Positions 34,190 through 43,572 of a stretch of DNA of 55,669 nt are shown here, piece after piece. Made by a program: the position numbers and the translations under genes. The DNA is from Minisyncoccia bacterium (GTDB lineage Bacteria > Patescibacteriota > Minisyncoccia > UBA6257 > 2-01-FULL-56-20): NCBI GenBank assembly GCA_050015515.1, contig JBEKBG010000004.1:1-55669 (forward strand), given 5' to 3'. The notes under the pieces were generated by a model. It did not search any database. It saw only the letters and a program-made list of their open reading frames with translations, and was not told the DNA's origin. The first letter of the stretch is position 1, and every line of letters begins with the position of its first letter.

Positions 34190-35640
34190 AGCGCCGCCAG
34201 ATCCAGCGTGTAATCTATCTTTATCTGCTTCACAAAGTCCGGGACGTGACTGACGAGGATCATCGCGCCCTCGTAGCGGTCGAGCGCTTTTGCGATGATC
34301 GGAATATGGCGAAAGTTGATGTGGTTGGTTGGTTCGTCAAGAATGAGCAGGCCGGGAGCTTCGAGCGACAGCTTGGCGAACGCGACGAGTCCTTTCTGAC
34401 CTTCCGAAAGCGAACCGATCTTGGCGCGAAGCAGTTCGGCGTCCAATAAAAATCCCGCCGCGGTTGAACGCAATCGGTCCTGGTCGCCCTCGCGCATAGC
34501 GCGTGCGAGCGTGTCCCAAACGGTGGCGTCGAAGTCGAGCGTGGAAAAATCCTGGCGATAATAGCCGATGCGAATGCCGGGTTCGACGACCTCGCCCTTT
34601 GCGTGGCCGGTGGCAAGCGCTTCCAATAAAGTGGTCTTGCCAATGCCATTTGGTCCAACCAAGTGCAGCCGTTCGCCGCGTTTCAAAATCACTTTCACCT
34701 TCTTCGGGGTCGCCTTGTGGTTTTTGATGACATTGACCGAGCTGAGTTCGAGAATGCGCCCACTGATCTCTTTCTGACAGGGGATGATAAACCCGCGGAT
34801 AGTCTTGTCCTCATGGCGAACATCGACGACCTCTTCCTCAAGCTCCGCGATCTTCTCGTTCATCTTCCGTGCAACGTCGCGCATGTGTCCGCCTTTTTGT
34901 GCAAAGAAGTTCACCTGTTCTTTCCGATGCAAAATATCGCGCTGGAGACGAACGTTCTTCATACGCTCGCGCTCGAGCCGCTCGGTGATCGCCTTCAAGA
35001 CGTCAAAATAGTTGCCGGTATACTGCTCAACTTTTTTCGTAAAAATATCCAAGTACAAAACGCCTTGCGTGAACGAGTTCAAAAAGTCGGCATCGTGGGA
35101 AATGACGATGCACGTCTTCTTCGACTCCTGTAAAAACTTTGTGAGATGTTCGATGCCGCCCTTGTCGAGGTTGTTCGTCGGCTCGTCGAGTAGGAGCATG
35201 TCCGGATCCTGGATGAGCGCGTGCGCAAGAAGCAGCCGCGCCTGCTGACCACCGGAAAAGCTCTTAACGATACGGTCGAGCGGCGCCATAAGGTTTACCA
35301 CGTCAAGCACTTTCTTGATGCGCGGTTCGATGTCGTAGATCTTTTTGTCGGGGAATGCGCTCGTAAAAAATTCTAAAACGGTCGAGTCGAGCTGGTCGCG
35401 GGGGATGACCTGCTTGGAAACCGCCTTCGTCATGCCATCCTCTATGATCACGTTGCCCTGTTCGGTGGGCAGGTCGCCCATGATCAATCGGAGCATCGTA
35501 CTTTTGCCGGCGCCATTCTGACCCATCAGCGTCACTTTCGCGCCGCGGCGCACCGAAAACGTGGCCTCGTGGAGAATAGGCTTTTTGCCGTATTCGAACG
35601 ACACATCATTGAATCGGAGGATTACTTCGTTGTTTGCCAT
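34186..35640 (-). CDS. ABC-F family ATPase (two fused ABC domains, no TM domain)
   Basis: 484 aa. Two Walker A motifs (GQNGAGKST, GPNGIGKTT) and two signature motifs. The stop overlaps the msrB stop by 4 nt. Confidence 0.85.
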   Translation of the reverse strand: MANNEVILRFNDVSFEYGKKPILHEATFSVRRGAKVTLMGQNGAGKSTMLRLIMGDLPTEQGNVIIEDGMTKAVSKQVIPRDQLDSTVLEFFTSAFPDKKIYDIEPRIKKVLDVVNLMAPLDRIVKSFSGGQQARLLLAHALIQDPDMLLLDEPTNNLDKGGIEHLTKFLQESKKTCIVISHDADFLNSFTQGVLYLDIFTKKVEQYTGNYFDVLKAITERLERERMKNVRLQRDILHRKEQVNFFAQKGGHMRDVARKMNEKIAELEEEVVDVRHEDKTIRGFIIPCQKEISGRILELSSVNVIKNHKATPKKVKVILKRGERLHLVGPNGIGKTTLLEALATGHAKGEVVEPGIRIGYYRQDFSTLDFDATVWDTLARAMREGDQDRLRSTAAGFLLDAELLRAKIGSLSEGQKGLVAFAKLSLEAPGLLILDEPTNHINFRHIPIIAKALDRYEGAMILVSHVPDFVKQIKIDYTLDLAAL

Positions 35641-35708
35641 GACATAATAAGAACGCGCGGGATGCGCGTTGTCTGAACAGTATAATACTTTTTTGGGGAT
35701 TTGACCAG

Positions 35709-36671
35709 CTATTTCTTCGCCTGGATCGTATTCAAAAGTTTCTGCACGTTCTTGATGCTCTCGTCGTCAATGATGGAAATTGCGATGACCTTCGGGTCTA
35801 TTTTTTTTAGTTTGGTCAATGTTGCCTTCAGCGCCTTCTCATCTGCCACATCCGATTTTGTTAAAAAAAGATGCTCGGGTTTTTTGAGCAACGCCTTGCT
35901 GTACGCGCCAAGCTCGGCGCGGATCGTCTTGTAATCGGCGACAGGGGTAGGGGATTCGGCGGAGATAAAATGGAAGAGTGTGCGCGTGCGCTCGATGTGG
36001 CGTAAAAATCGCGTGCCAAGTCCTTTGCCGGTGGAAGACCCCTCGATCAATCCCGGAATATCCGCGAGGATTAGCGAATAATAGGTGCCGAGGTTCGGCT
36101 CGAGTGTGGTAAAGGCATAGTTCGCCACTTTGCTGTTGGCGTTCGTAAGCTCGTTCAACAAGCTGGACTTGCCTACGTTCGGCAGGCCGACGAAGCCGAC
36201 ATCGGCGATGAACTTCAACTCCAGGCGGAATTCGAACGACTCGCCGGGCAAGCCGGGCTGGGATTGTTTTGGCGTCGTGTTGCGCGATGAGCGGAAAAGA
36301 AAATTGCCTTTGCCGCCATTGCCGCCCTCGGCGAGCAACACCCGCTCGCCGACGTGGTCAACCTCAAAATCAACGCCCGTCGTCAGGTTGTGCGCAATCG
36401 TTCCAACGGGAACTTTCAAGGTGAGATCTTTACCGTCATGACCGTCGCGAAACTGGTCGCGGCCATCGCGGCCGTTCTCTGCGGGAAATTCTTTTTTGAA
36501 CCGGAACTGCCCAAGCGCGGAAAGATCGGAGACGCCAACGGCCACAACACTGCCACCCGTGCCGCCGCTTCCGCCGGCGGGGCCGAGGCTCATCATGTTT
36601 TTATTAAAAGCCACCTTGCCCGCGCCGCCGTGTCCCGCCGAGATCCTTACTTTGACATCGTCTATTAACAT
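35709..36671 (-). CDS. obg: GTPase Obg/CgtA
   Basis: 320 aa. Gly-rich Obg fold (GGSGGTGG), then GLPNVGKSS and DIPG. Confidence 0.95.
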   Translation of the reverse strand: MLIDDVKVRISAGHGGAGKVAFNKNMMSLGPAGGSGGTGGSVVAVGVSDLSALGQFRFKKEFPAENGRDGRDQFRDGHDGKDLTLKVPVGTIAHNLTTGVDFEVDHVGERVLLAEGGNGGKGNFLFRSSRNTTPKQSQPGLPGESFEFRLELKFIADVGFVGLPNVGKSSLLNELTNANSKVANYAFTTLEPNLGTYYSLILADIPGLIEGSSTGKGLGTRFLRHIERTRTLFHFISAESPTPVADYKTIRAELGAYSKALLKKPEHLFLTKSDVADEKALKATLTKLKKIDPKVIAISIIDDESIKNVQKLLNTIQAKK

Positions 36672-36683
36672 GTACCCATCATA

Positions 36684-37394
36684 CTACATCTCCGCTTCCG
36701 GCGCTTCCGATTTGATCAATTCCAAGATCTTATCCGCCACTTGTTCCGGTGTGTCCACCTCCAAACCGCGTGCACGAGCCTGCTCGGCGTATGCCGCAGC
36801 GGCTTCGGGTCTCGCATTGACGGAATTCTTACCAAAGCTCGTCGCCGTCATCTTGGGATGGAAGACGCTTACAATGATATGATCTTTCTTAAGTTCCTCG
36901 CGCGCGGTCAGAGAGATCGCGTTCAGCGCATACTTTGTTGAAGCGTACGCCGAAAGGTTTGGATAATAATTTTTTGAAACGCGCGAGCTGATATTAAGGA
37001 TCATGCCGCCGCCCTGCTCGCGCATCTTCGGAATCACGAGTTGCATCGCGTATAGCGGACCGTATACATTCAGATTCATAATGTGTTTGTACTTATCAAT
37101 GTCGATGGTTTCCGCCGGACCCATCATGCCTTGGCCGGCATTATTGATGAGGATATCAACGCGGCCGTCGATCTCCATCGTACGGTCAATGAGATTTTGG
37201 ATATCCGCCTGCTGGGTCATATCGGTATGTACGGCAACCGAACCCACGAGCTCATGCGCGAGCTTGGCAAGCTTCTCGTCAGAACGCGCGGCGAGCACTA
37301 CCTTTGCGCCGGCATGTGCCAGTTTCCGCGCCACCGCCTCACCGATGCCGTCCGAGGCGCCCGTCACGATGATTACTTTATTCTTTATTTCCAT
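36684..37394 (-). CDS. SDR-family oxidoreductase
   Basis: 236 aa. TGASDGIG cofactor motif and YASTK catalytic motif. Confidence 0.85.
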   Translation of the reverse strand: MEIKNKVIIVTGASDGIGEAVARKLAHAGAKVVLAARSDEKLAKLAHELVGSVAVHTDMTQQADIQNLIDRTMEIDGRVDILINNAGQGMMGPAETIDIDKYKHIMNLNVYGPLYAMQLVIPKMREQGGGMILNISSRVSKNYYPNLSAYASTKYALNAISLTAREELKKDHIIVSVFHPKMTATSFGKNSVNARPEAAAAYAEQARARGLEVDTPEQVADKILELIKSEAPEAEM

Positions 37395-37412
37395 AGGTTG
37401 TTTTTATTTAAT

Positions 37413-38504
37413 TTATTTTTCCGCCTCCTCTTTTAATCTTACATCGCCATCTGTAACTTCTTTCAATTCCGGTACGGGAGCGCCTTCCAACAGTGCGAAT
37501 AATTTATTCTGGATGATCATCGCCTCGGCGGTGCGATGGAGCTCTTCTTCCTTTCGCTCCGGATAGCGGAGCTTGAGCTGCGCTATCAAAGAATGAATAT
37601 CACGGTCGTCGGCGCTAAGATTTTCTTTTTTGCGGATCTCCTGGACGACCATGCTCATCCGCAGATCATCTTCAATGAGCGCACGCTCATCTTTTTCCAA
37701 TTGCTCCGCCGTCTTTCCAATCTGCTTTAAATATTCATCGAGCGATAGTCCGGCGGTCTTGAGCTGCTCATCGCGATCGATCAAGAATTCATAAAGCTCC
37801 TGATCCACGAGCAGTTGCGGAACTTTCAGTTTGGCATGTTTGACGATCTCTTTGATCGTTTCCTCGCGACGACCGTCCTTCATGTGTAACACTTTTTCCT
37901 GTTCCAGTTGGCGCTTGAGCTCCGCACGGAAATCCGCCACAGTCGCGAAGTTGCCGAACTGCTTGACGGTCTCGTCGGTGAGCGGGGGAATGGGCGCGTC
38001 CTTTTCCGTGCCGGGTTTCATCGCGCTCATGATCATCTTTTGTATTCGTGTCGCCGCCTCATCCACTTCTTTTTCACTTACATCGGTCGGATCCCTGCGC
38101 TCAAAAATGGTCTTGCCGATCTTTTTATAATCGGGAAGCGAGATGTCCGGAAGGAGCGCATAGCGGATCTTGAATTCCAGCGGATTTTTCGGTGCGATCT
38201 TCACGATCACGACCTGTGGCCGCCCGATGACGTTCAGCTTCTCGTCTTCGGCGATCTGAGCCATCGCATCACGAAGCGCCCCATTGGCGGCATCCTCCAA
38301 GAGCGACATCTCGCCGATGTGCTCGCGCACCTTTTCCTGCGGTACCTTACCCTTGCGGAATCCCGGAAGCGCAAAATCCTCCGCCAGCTCGGCAAGCGCC
38401 GCGAGCGAATATTCTTCCAACAACTCCACCGGCACCTCCGCCTGAAACTCGATGTCTCCGTTCTTCTCGCTCAGCTTTTTAAGTTTTGTATATGATTTTT
38501 CCAT
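37413..38504 (-). CDS. tig: Trigger factor (short form)
   Basis: 363 aa. GFRKGKVP ribosome-binding signature. Shorter than typical trigger factors, so a reduced PPIase region is likely. Confidence 0.8.
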   Translation of the reverse strand: MEKSYTKLKKLSEKNGDIEFQAEVPVELLEEYSLAALAELAEDFALPGFRKGKVPQEKVREHIGEMSLLEDAANGALRDAMAQIAEDEKLNVIGRPQVVIVKIAPKNPLEFKIRYALLPDISLPDYKKIGKTIFERRDPTDVSEKEVDEAATRIQKMIMSAMKPGTEKDAPIPPLTDETVKQFGNFATVADFRAELKRQLEQEKVLHMKDGRREETIKEIVKHAKLKVPQLLVDQELYEFLIDRDEQLKTAGLSLDEYLKQIGKTAEQLEKDERALIEDDLRMSMVVQEIRKKENLSADDRDIHSLIAQLKLRYPERKEEELHRTAEAMIIQNKLFALLEGAPVPELKEVTDGDVRLKEEAEK

Positions 38505-38612
38505 AGCCGCTTGATTGTACCGCAGGATCGCAATATCTCCAAATTTTTATTGACATGAAAAACAGAAGAAGATAGAGTGACAGATGGCACACCACACAGG
38601 AGGATCAACAGC

Positions 38613-38942
38613 ATGGCATCCCAGGCGGTACTGTTCCGCCGCAAAAAGAATTTGGCATCGGAAGATTGTGCATTCTTTTATTGTTTGCGCAAATGCAAAC
38701 GTTCTCTTTCTGAAATAATTGAAATCGCCGAGAGAGAACGAAACCCAGAGTACCTGTATCACCTGGTCACGTGCGACGACTGTCGTATGCATGTCCAAGA
38801 GCGGGACCCAAGTTCCTTCGAAGCGGAAAAGATCGTATTGCTCTGCGCGGCCATCAATCGCATCGAGCAAATGATCGAGCGGAGAAATGAAGCCCGAAGC
38901 TTGCGCATCCAACGCAATCTCGCGCGCGCGCAAACGCGTTGA
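38613..38942 (+). CDS. Hypothetical protein
   Basis: ORF 38577-38942. The ATG at 38613 has GGAGG 9 nt upstream. Candidate promoter TTGACA (38550-38555), 17-nt spacer, TAGAGT. An alternative minus-strand ORF, 38547-38933, lacks these signals. Confidence 0.45.
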   Translation: MASQAVLFRRKKNLASEDCAFFYCLRKCKRSLSEIIEIAERERNPEYLYHLVTCDDCRMHVQERDPSSFEAEKIVLLCAAINRIEQMIERRNEARSLRIQRNLARAQTR

Positions 38943-38984
38943 GGCTCTCGCATGGCATCGTCCTGAACGGATCGTGCCATTTTT

Positions 38985-39500
38985 TTACCTCACCTCAACC
39001 ACTTTATATTCCTGCGTTCCACCCGGCGTTTGCACCGTCACCACATCGCCCGCGGCGCGCCCGAGCAATGCGGCTCCGAGCGGTGATGTGTGGGAGATGC
39101 GTCCGCGCCCAGGATCGGTTTCCGATGAGCCGAGGATGCGAAATGTCTTCCGTAATAATGCGCCGTCCTTTTTTATTTCCACGATCACCGTTGAGCCAAG
39201 CTGTATCGTTCCCATAGCGTCGGCGCCCGAAGGGATGATCACCACGCGCTTGAGCTGATCTTCGATATTGAAAATCTGCCCGTGTGTGCGGCGGAGGATC
39301 CCTTTTGCCTCTTTATATTCCGCGTTGTCGGAGCGGTCACCGTACGCCGAAGTGCGTGACGTTTCCGCGATAGCCGCAGGCAGTGACGCTTTCAGCCGCT
39401 CAAGTCGCGCTTTCAACCGCGCGACGCCCTCCGGCGTCAAATACACCGGTTCATAGTTCGGTGGCGGACGGCGGCTCCATTGTCTGCGGGGGATCTGCAT
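38985..39500 (-). CDS. greA: Transcription elongation factor GreA
   Basis: 171 aa. Coiled-coil N-domain with the AEYKEAK motif, and C-domain ISHTSPLGAALLG. Confidence 0.9.
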   Translation of the reverse strand: MQIPRRQWSRRPPPNYEPVYLTPEGVARLKARLERLKASLPAAIAETSRTSAYGDRSDNAEYKEAKGILRRTHGQIFNIEDQLKRVVIIPSGADAMGTIQLGSTVIVEIKKDGALLRKTFRILGSSETDPGRGRISHTSPLGAALLGRAAGDVVTVQTPGGTQEYKVVEVR

Positions 39501-39518
39501 ATGGTAATATTACTCCAT

Positions 39519-40262
39519 ATGGCACTCGTAAAAAAACTTATCCCGTTCCTGATCATCTTTGGGACGATATTCTATTTTATCCGGACGAGCAGCTTGTATG
39601 ATACGCGCCTTCTGCTTTCCAATATTGACGAGACCCCATACCTCTACGCCGTCGTCGGTACTATCTTCGGCGTACTCGCCGGTTTTGCGATCCAACAAGA
39701 ATGGGAGGAATGGAACGCGCTCACCGACGCGGTGCGCGGCGAGGTGGACGGCTTGGAAAAACTATATTTATGGTCCAGCAATTTCCCGGAAAAGATAAAA
39801 GATGCGATCCACGCCGAGATCAAGCGTTATCTTGAACTCATTATAAAAGAAGGTTGGCGGTATAGTGAGAAAGGAGAGAAGAGCAAGGAAGTGGAAGACA
39901 TCATCACCGATCTCAACAACAGCATCTATAAAATTTTTGACGAGGCGCCGCAGCTTATGCCGACCTCATTCGCGCTGCTCTCAACCGTGTTGAACCATCG
40001 CTCCGCACGACTCCAGCACAGTGCCGAACACATGCCGCCGCTTTTGCGGAACACCCTGCGCTTTGCCGCGTTCCTGCTCATCGCGCTCTCGATGTTCATC
40101 GCCATAAAAGATATCTATCTCGCGTTCGTGTTCACCGCAAGCATCGCTTCGCTTGCATATGCGATCTTCCTCGTGCTGACCGATCTTGATAATCCGCTGA
40201 AGCCCGGCGATTGGCACCTTACCACGAAGGACTATCGGGCGCTGCTCGCGAAGATCGCGTAG
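39519..40262 (+). CDS. Membrane protein, unknown function
   Basis: ORF 39480-40262. The ATG at 39519 precedes the first TM helix (MALVKKLIPFLIIFGTIFYF). Four TM helices in total. Confidence 0.55.
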   Translation: MALVKKLIPFLIIFGTIFYFIRTSSLYDTRLLLSNIDETPYLYAVVGTIFGVLAGFAIQQEWEEWNALTDAVRGEVDGLEKLYLWSSNFPEKIKDAIHAEIKRYLELIIKEGWRYSEKGEKSKEVEDIITDLNNSIYKIFDEAPQLMPTSFALLSTVLNHRSARLQHSAEHMPPLLRNTLRFAAFLLIALSMFIAIKDIYLAFVFTASIASLAYAIFLVLTDLDNPLKPGDWHLTTKDYRALLAKIA

Positions 40263-40265
40263 CTG

Positions 40266-41432
40266 TTATTGATACTGTATATAGCTCGGCTGCGGGCTAA
40301 GCTGCAAAACTTGAGCCGGCATAAGCATCCCGGTGCTCGGTGACAGGAGGTCGTTCTTATAGAACAGCTTGAATCCGGTGAACTGCACGGGCTCGGCGGC
40401 CTCAATGCGTTGGTACGTGTTGATCTTTTTCGCCTGCGAACCCCAGCCGTCCATGTCCATCACAATCTGCACCTGCGGCAGGGGCGCAATCTTTTGATAG
40501 TTTGTCACCATATCCTCGGTAAAGCGGTGCACTACCAAAATTTTTGGCGGGAGGTTGTTTTGATTCACGATGTTCGCCAAAAAATTTGCGGCGAAGTTGA
40601 TGTCGCTCGCGTCCATCGTGCCGATCTCATGATCCGGCTTTACGCCGAGTTCCATATCGAATTCCGGATCGAGCGAGAGCTCCACGTTCGGCAACTTTAA
40701 ATATGGCGCGAGGAGTGGCACTTCCGTCTCGACGTTGCTCCATCCCACTTGCACGTCCAGGAACACGAGGCCGTTCACCGAGTTTGCGAGTGTGATCGCT
40801 TTTTGGATCTGGCTCGCAGGCATGCGTAAGCGATATTTCCCATCAGCGCCCGCGCTGCCTTGTGCCGTCACCGCAATGTAATCGAGCGCGGGGATGACCG
40901 GCGTTGACGGATCTGCTGCGCGCCACTCCGCGGTTGTGGAGGCGAGCATCGCCATCATCTCATCCGGCGGATATTCGCCGAGCACGCCCATCTGCGTGGA
41001 ATAGAAGTTACCATAGTACGCAACGATGCGGTTGAAGGGAAGCAATGCGCCAGCGTCCGGCAAAACCGTTTTCACAGGCCATGCGCTCGTACCCGGAACG
41101 GTTTTGGTAACCTTTGATGTTGCGATCGTGGTCGTGCCGGGAACGGTGGACGTGACCGTCACCGTGATCGTGCGCGGTGGCACATTCGCGATTGCCAATA
41201 GTTTTGCATTGTATGCGCTGACGTCGATCGGCGTCAGCGCGGAGAGGGAAGTACTCGTGCTGTCAACGGCAGATGGGGAAGCGGTGCTTTGCGATTGCCC
41301 GATACTTCCTAAAACCTTATATGTTCCTAAAAATATATTGGTAAGAAAAGCGCTATAAAAAAAGACAACAACTATCCCGATCGCGACGATAATAAAAAAC
41401 ACCGACCATTTGTTCAAAAAATTACGCATCAA
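40266..41432 (-). CDS. Secreted/anchored hypothetical protein
   Basis: 388 aa. N-terminal TM anchor, Ser/Thr-rich linker, then a large globular domain of unrecognised family. Confidence 0.6.
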   Translation of the reverse strand: MMRNFLNKWSVFFIIVAIGIVVVFFYSAFLTNIFLGTYKVLGSIGQSQSTASPSAVDSTSTSLSALTPIDVSAYNAKLLAIANVPPRTITVTVTSTVPGTTTIATSKVTKTVPGTSAWPVKTVLPDAGALLPFNRIVAYYGNFYSTQMGVLGEYPPDEMMAMLASTTAEWRAADPSTPVIPALDYIAVTAQGSAGADGKYRLRMPASQIQKAITLANSVNGLVFLDVQVGWSNVETEVPLLAPYLKLPNVELSLDPEFDMELGVKPDHEIGTMDASDINFAANFLANIVNQNNLPPKILVVHRFTEDMVTNYQKIAPLPQVQIVMDMDGWGSQAKKINTYQRIEAAEPVQFTGFKLFYKNDLLSPSTGMLMPAQVLQLSPQPSYIQYQ

Positions 41433-41483
41433 TAGCGTTAGGATACCATATCCGGCGTGGGGTTAGAACTCCGCGGCGTGGCG

Positions 41484-42035
41484 CTAAAACTCCACCGTCG
41501 GCCGCGCTTTCGCGCCTTGCGCGAACGGATGTTTGATCTCACGCATTTCCGTCGCAAGGTCGGCAATGTCGATCAATTCCTGCGCCGCACCGCGCCCGCT
41601 CAGGATCAAGATGCGGTTATCGGGATAATCTTTGACTGCGGCGATAACCTCTTTGACGGTAAGCAGGCCGAGCGAGATTGCCACGTTCACTTCATCAAGC
41701 GCGATCAAGTGCCAATGCCCGGAATTCTTTTCCTCCACGAACATATGGAGCGCCTTTCGTGCCGCCGCTTTATGTTCTTCGATCGGTAATTTATCACCAA
41801 GGATGCCGACGAAGCCTAGCCCCATCTTTCGAATGGCGAACCGGTCGACGGGAAGATTGCTCGCGGCGGCAAACTCGTCCTCGCCGGAGATCCACGGCCC
41901 TTTGATGAATTGGATCATCAGCGCCGACTTCCCACGCCCCAGCACGCGGACCATTTGTCCGAGCGATGCCGTCGTCTTTCCTTTTCCGTTGCCGGTGAAG
42001 AGGAGAATCATAGTGAAAGCGTAGCCTTTTGTCAT
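41484..42035 (-). CDS. Cob(I)yrinic acid a,c-diamide adenosyltransferase family protein (CobA/CobO/BtuR-like)
   Basis: P-loop FTGNGKGKTT near the N-terminus. ORF track start 42224 rejected, because the extra ~60 aa precede the conserved N-terminus. Start at 42035 or 42011. Confidence 0.7.
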   Translation of the reverse strand: MTKGYAFTMILLFTGNGKGKTTASLGQMVRVLGRGKSALMIQFIKGPWISGEDEFAAASNLPVDRFAIRKMGLGFVGILGDKLPIEEHKAAARKALHMFVEEKNSGHWHLIALDEVNVAISLGLLTVKEVIAAVKDYPDNRILILSGRGAAQELIDIADLATEMREIKHPFAQGAKARPTVEF

Positions 42036-42057
42036 AATAAATGCAATGATTAAAGGA

Positions 42058-42761
42058 ATGAAGCGGCTCGTTTTATATATCGTCGGGGGCCTTGTCATTG
42101 TCATCGTATGCGCGATCGTGGGCGGATATTTTTTTGAAAGATCCCCGGTTGGACGATCTACATCGACAAGAACAATAACGGCATTCTTGATCCGGGCGAA
42201 CTTTCGACCGTAACCGATAGCCATGGCAATTATCGCTTTACGAGCCTCCCCGCGGGAACCTATATCATCCGCGAGGTGAATCAGCCGGGATGGATGCAGA
42301 CCTATCCTTCCGGCGGATCATACACTATCGTCCTGGCAGCCGGGAAGATTTCAAAGAAGGATAACTTTGGCAACTTCAAGCTTGGCACGATTTCAGGCAT
42401 GAAGTTTAACGACCTGAACGGAAATGGCCGCAAGGATAACAATGAGCTTGGTTTGTTAGGATGGACGATAACGCTCACAAAGCTTCATTCATCCTTCGCA
42501 ACCACGACCGTGACTGACGGGAGCGGCAACTATTCCTTCACAAACCTCGGTCCCGGTACGTATCAGATACGGGAGGTTCAGCAGACCGGCTGGATACAGA
42601 CAACGAATAATCCGCCGAATGTAACCGTACAATCCGGGACTGTTTCCAAGAACGATAACTTTGGGAATCATCTCGGTCCGGTAAGAAAGGGCGAAAATCG
42701 TGATGGATCCGGACTGACCAACGGTTATAACTTCGGTTTTGGCCAAGGAAACAACCATTAG
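42058..42761 (+). pseudogene. SdrD-B/Cna-B-repeat surface protein, interrupted by a frameshift
   Basis: Signal anchor MKRLVLYIVGGLVIVIVCAIVGGYFF is in frame 1 and stops at 42208-42210. The repeat domains continue in another frame from 42138 (KIPGWTIYIDKNNNGILDPGELS...), which holds ORF 42276-42761. One extra base in CCCC 42043-42046... see finding for exact site. Confidence 0.6.
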
Positions 42762-42803
42762 CCGTTAGGTTCGTGTCCCTCGGATTCTTGTGGCCTTGGG
42801 AGT

Positions 42804-42840
42804 AATCAAAACCCCGCCTCGTAAGGGCGGGGATTTGATT
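42804..42840. other. Long hairpin (15 bp, one mismatch) after the SdrD-like gene
   Basis: AATCAAAACCCCGCC / GGCGGGGATTTGATT with a 7-nt loop. No flanking U-run on either strand. Confidence 0.5.
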
Positions 42841-42960
42841 ACTGGTGTTATCCTCGCGGAGCGAGCTATTGATCGAGGCTGGCAGTCTTGGACGATATTC
42901 GAACAGTATTAAAAATGTGAAGCGGGCAGATCTTTCGACCTACCCGCCTGAATATTGCAG

Positions 42961-43347
42961 TTACTGATACTGAGAGGCGACACGCCGGAAATCGTCGGGG
43001 GATACATACAGCTTACCATCCGGTGCCACAGGAAGATTTCCTTCACGCTTGGCCATATCCCAAACGATGAGAAACTTGTTCCAAATCGTCGTCGCTCGTT
43101 CTTCGAGGTCCCAGCGTTTAGGAGTCAGCCTGTTGATCTCGTTGTACGCATTGACGACAGCAATGGTGTGCGTGTCACGAATGCGATCAAACTCCTCGAT
43201 TTTGGCGAGGACTTCGTCGCGTTTCTTGAAGATTTTCGTTGAATGCCTTGCTCCTTCGAGAAGCGACTCGTGAAGATAGATCGTGATATGGGCCGAATAA
43301 CTTCCGAACCGCACCACGAGGAACCACCACAAACGGAAAAGCCACAT
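42961..43347 (-). CDS. Hypothetical protein with a hydrophobic N-terminus
   Basis: 128 aa. GGAGGG RBS directly upstream of the ATG at 43347. Confidence 0.6.
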   Translation of the reverse strand: MWLFRLWWFLVVRFGSYSAHITIYLHESLLEGARHSTKIFKKRDEVLAKIEEFDRIRDTHTIAVVNAYNEINRLTPKRWDLEERATTIWNKFLIVWDMAKREGNLPVAPDGKLYVSPDDFRRVASQYQ

Positions 43348-43499
43348 AATTCCCTCCGCTACGAAATATCGCTAGAAGAGTTCAGGATTCGCGGTCCAGA
43401 ATTAAGGTTCGCGGCCTTAATTCCTTTTCGCTCTTCTACTCCGGATTTCCAGAGAGCTGAATATATAATATATTAAAATAATACACCTGTCAAGTGCTG

Positions 43500-43570
43500 C
43501 TGCCGGACTTGGATTCGAACCAAGATTGATGGATTCAGAGTCCATATGCCTACCATTAGCAGATCCGGCA
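43500..43570 (-). tRNA. tRNA-Gln (anticodon CUG)
   Basis: Cloverleaf TGCCGGA-TC-TGCT-AATGGTA-GGCA-T-ATGGA-CTCTGAA-TCCAT-CAAT-CTTGG-TTCGAAT-CCAAG-TCCGGCA-G. Has U1-A72 and G73. CCA is not encoded. Confidence 0.9.
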
Positions 43571-43572
43571 AT

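Noticed and set aside
42036-42224. N-terminal extension of the CobO-like ORF, taking the track start at 42224.
   Set aside because: The extra ~60 residues precede the conserved N-terminal P-loop, have no family counterpart, and overlap the start of the SdrD-like gene on the other strand.
42804-42840. A 15-bp hairpin as a possible further member of the palindrome families.
   Set aside because: Its 7-nt loop has no similarity to either conserved core. It is listed only as a hairpin.
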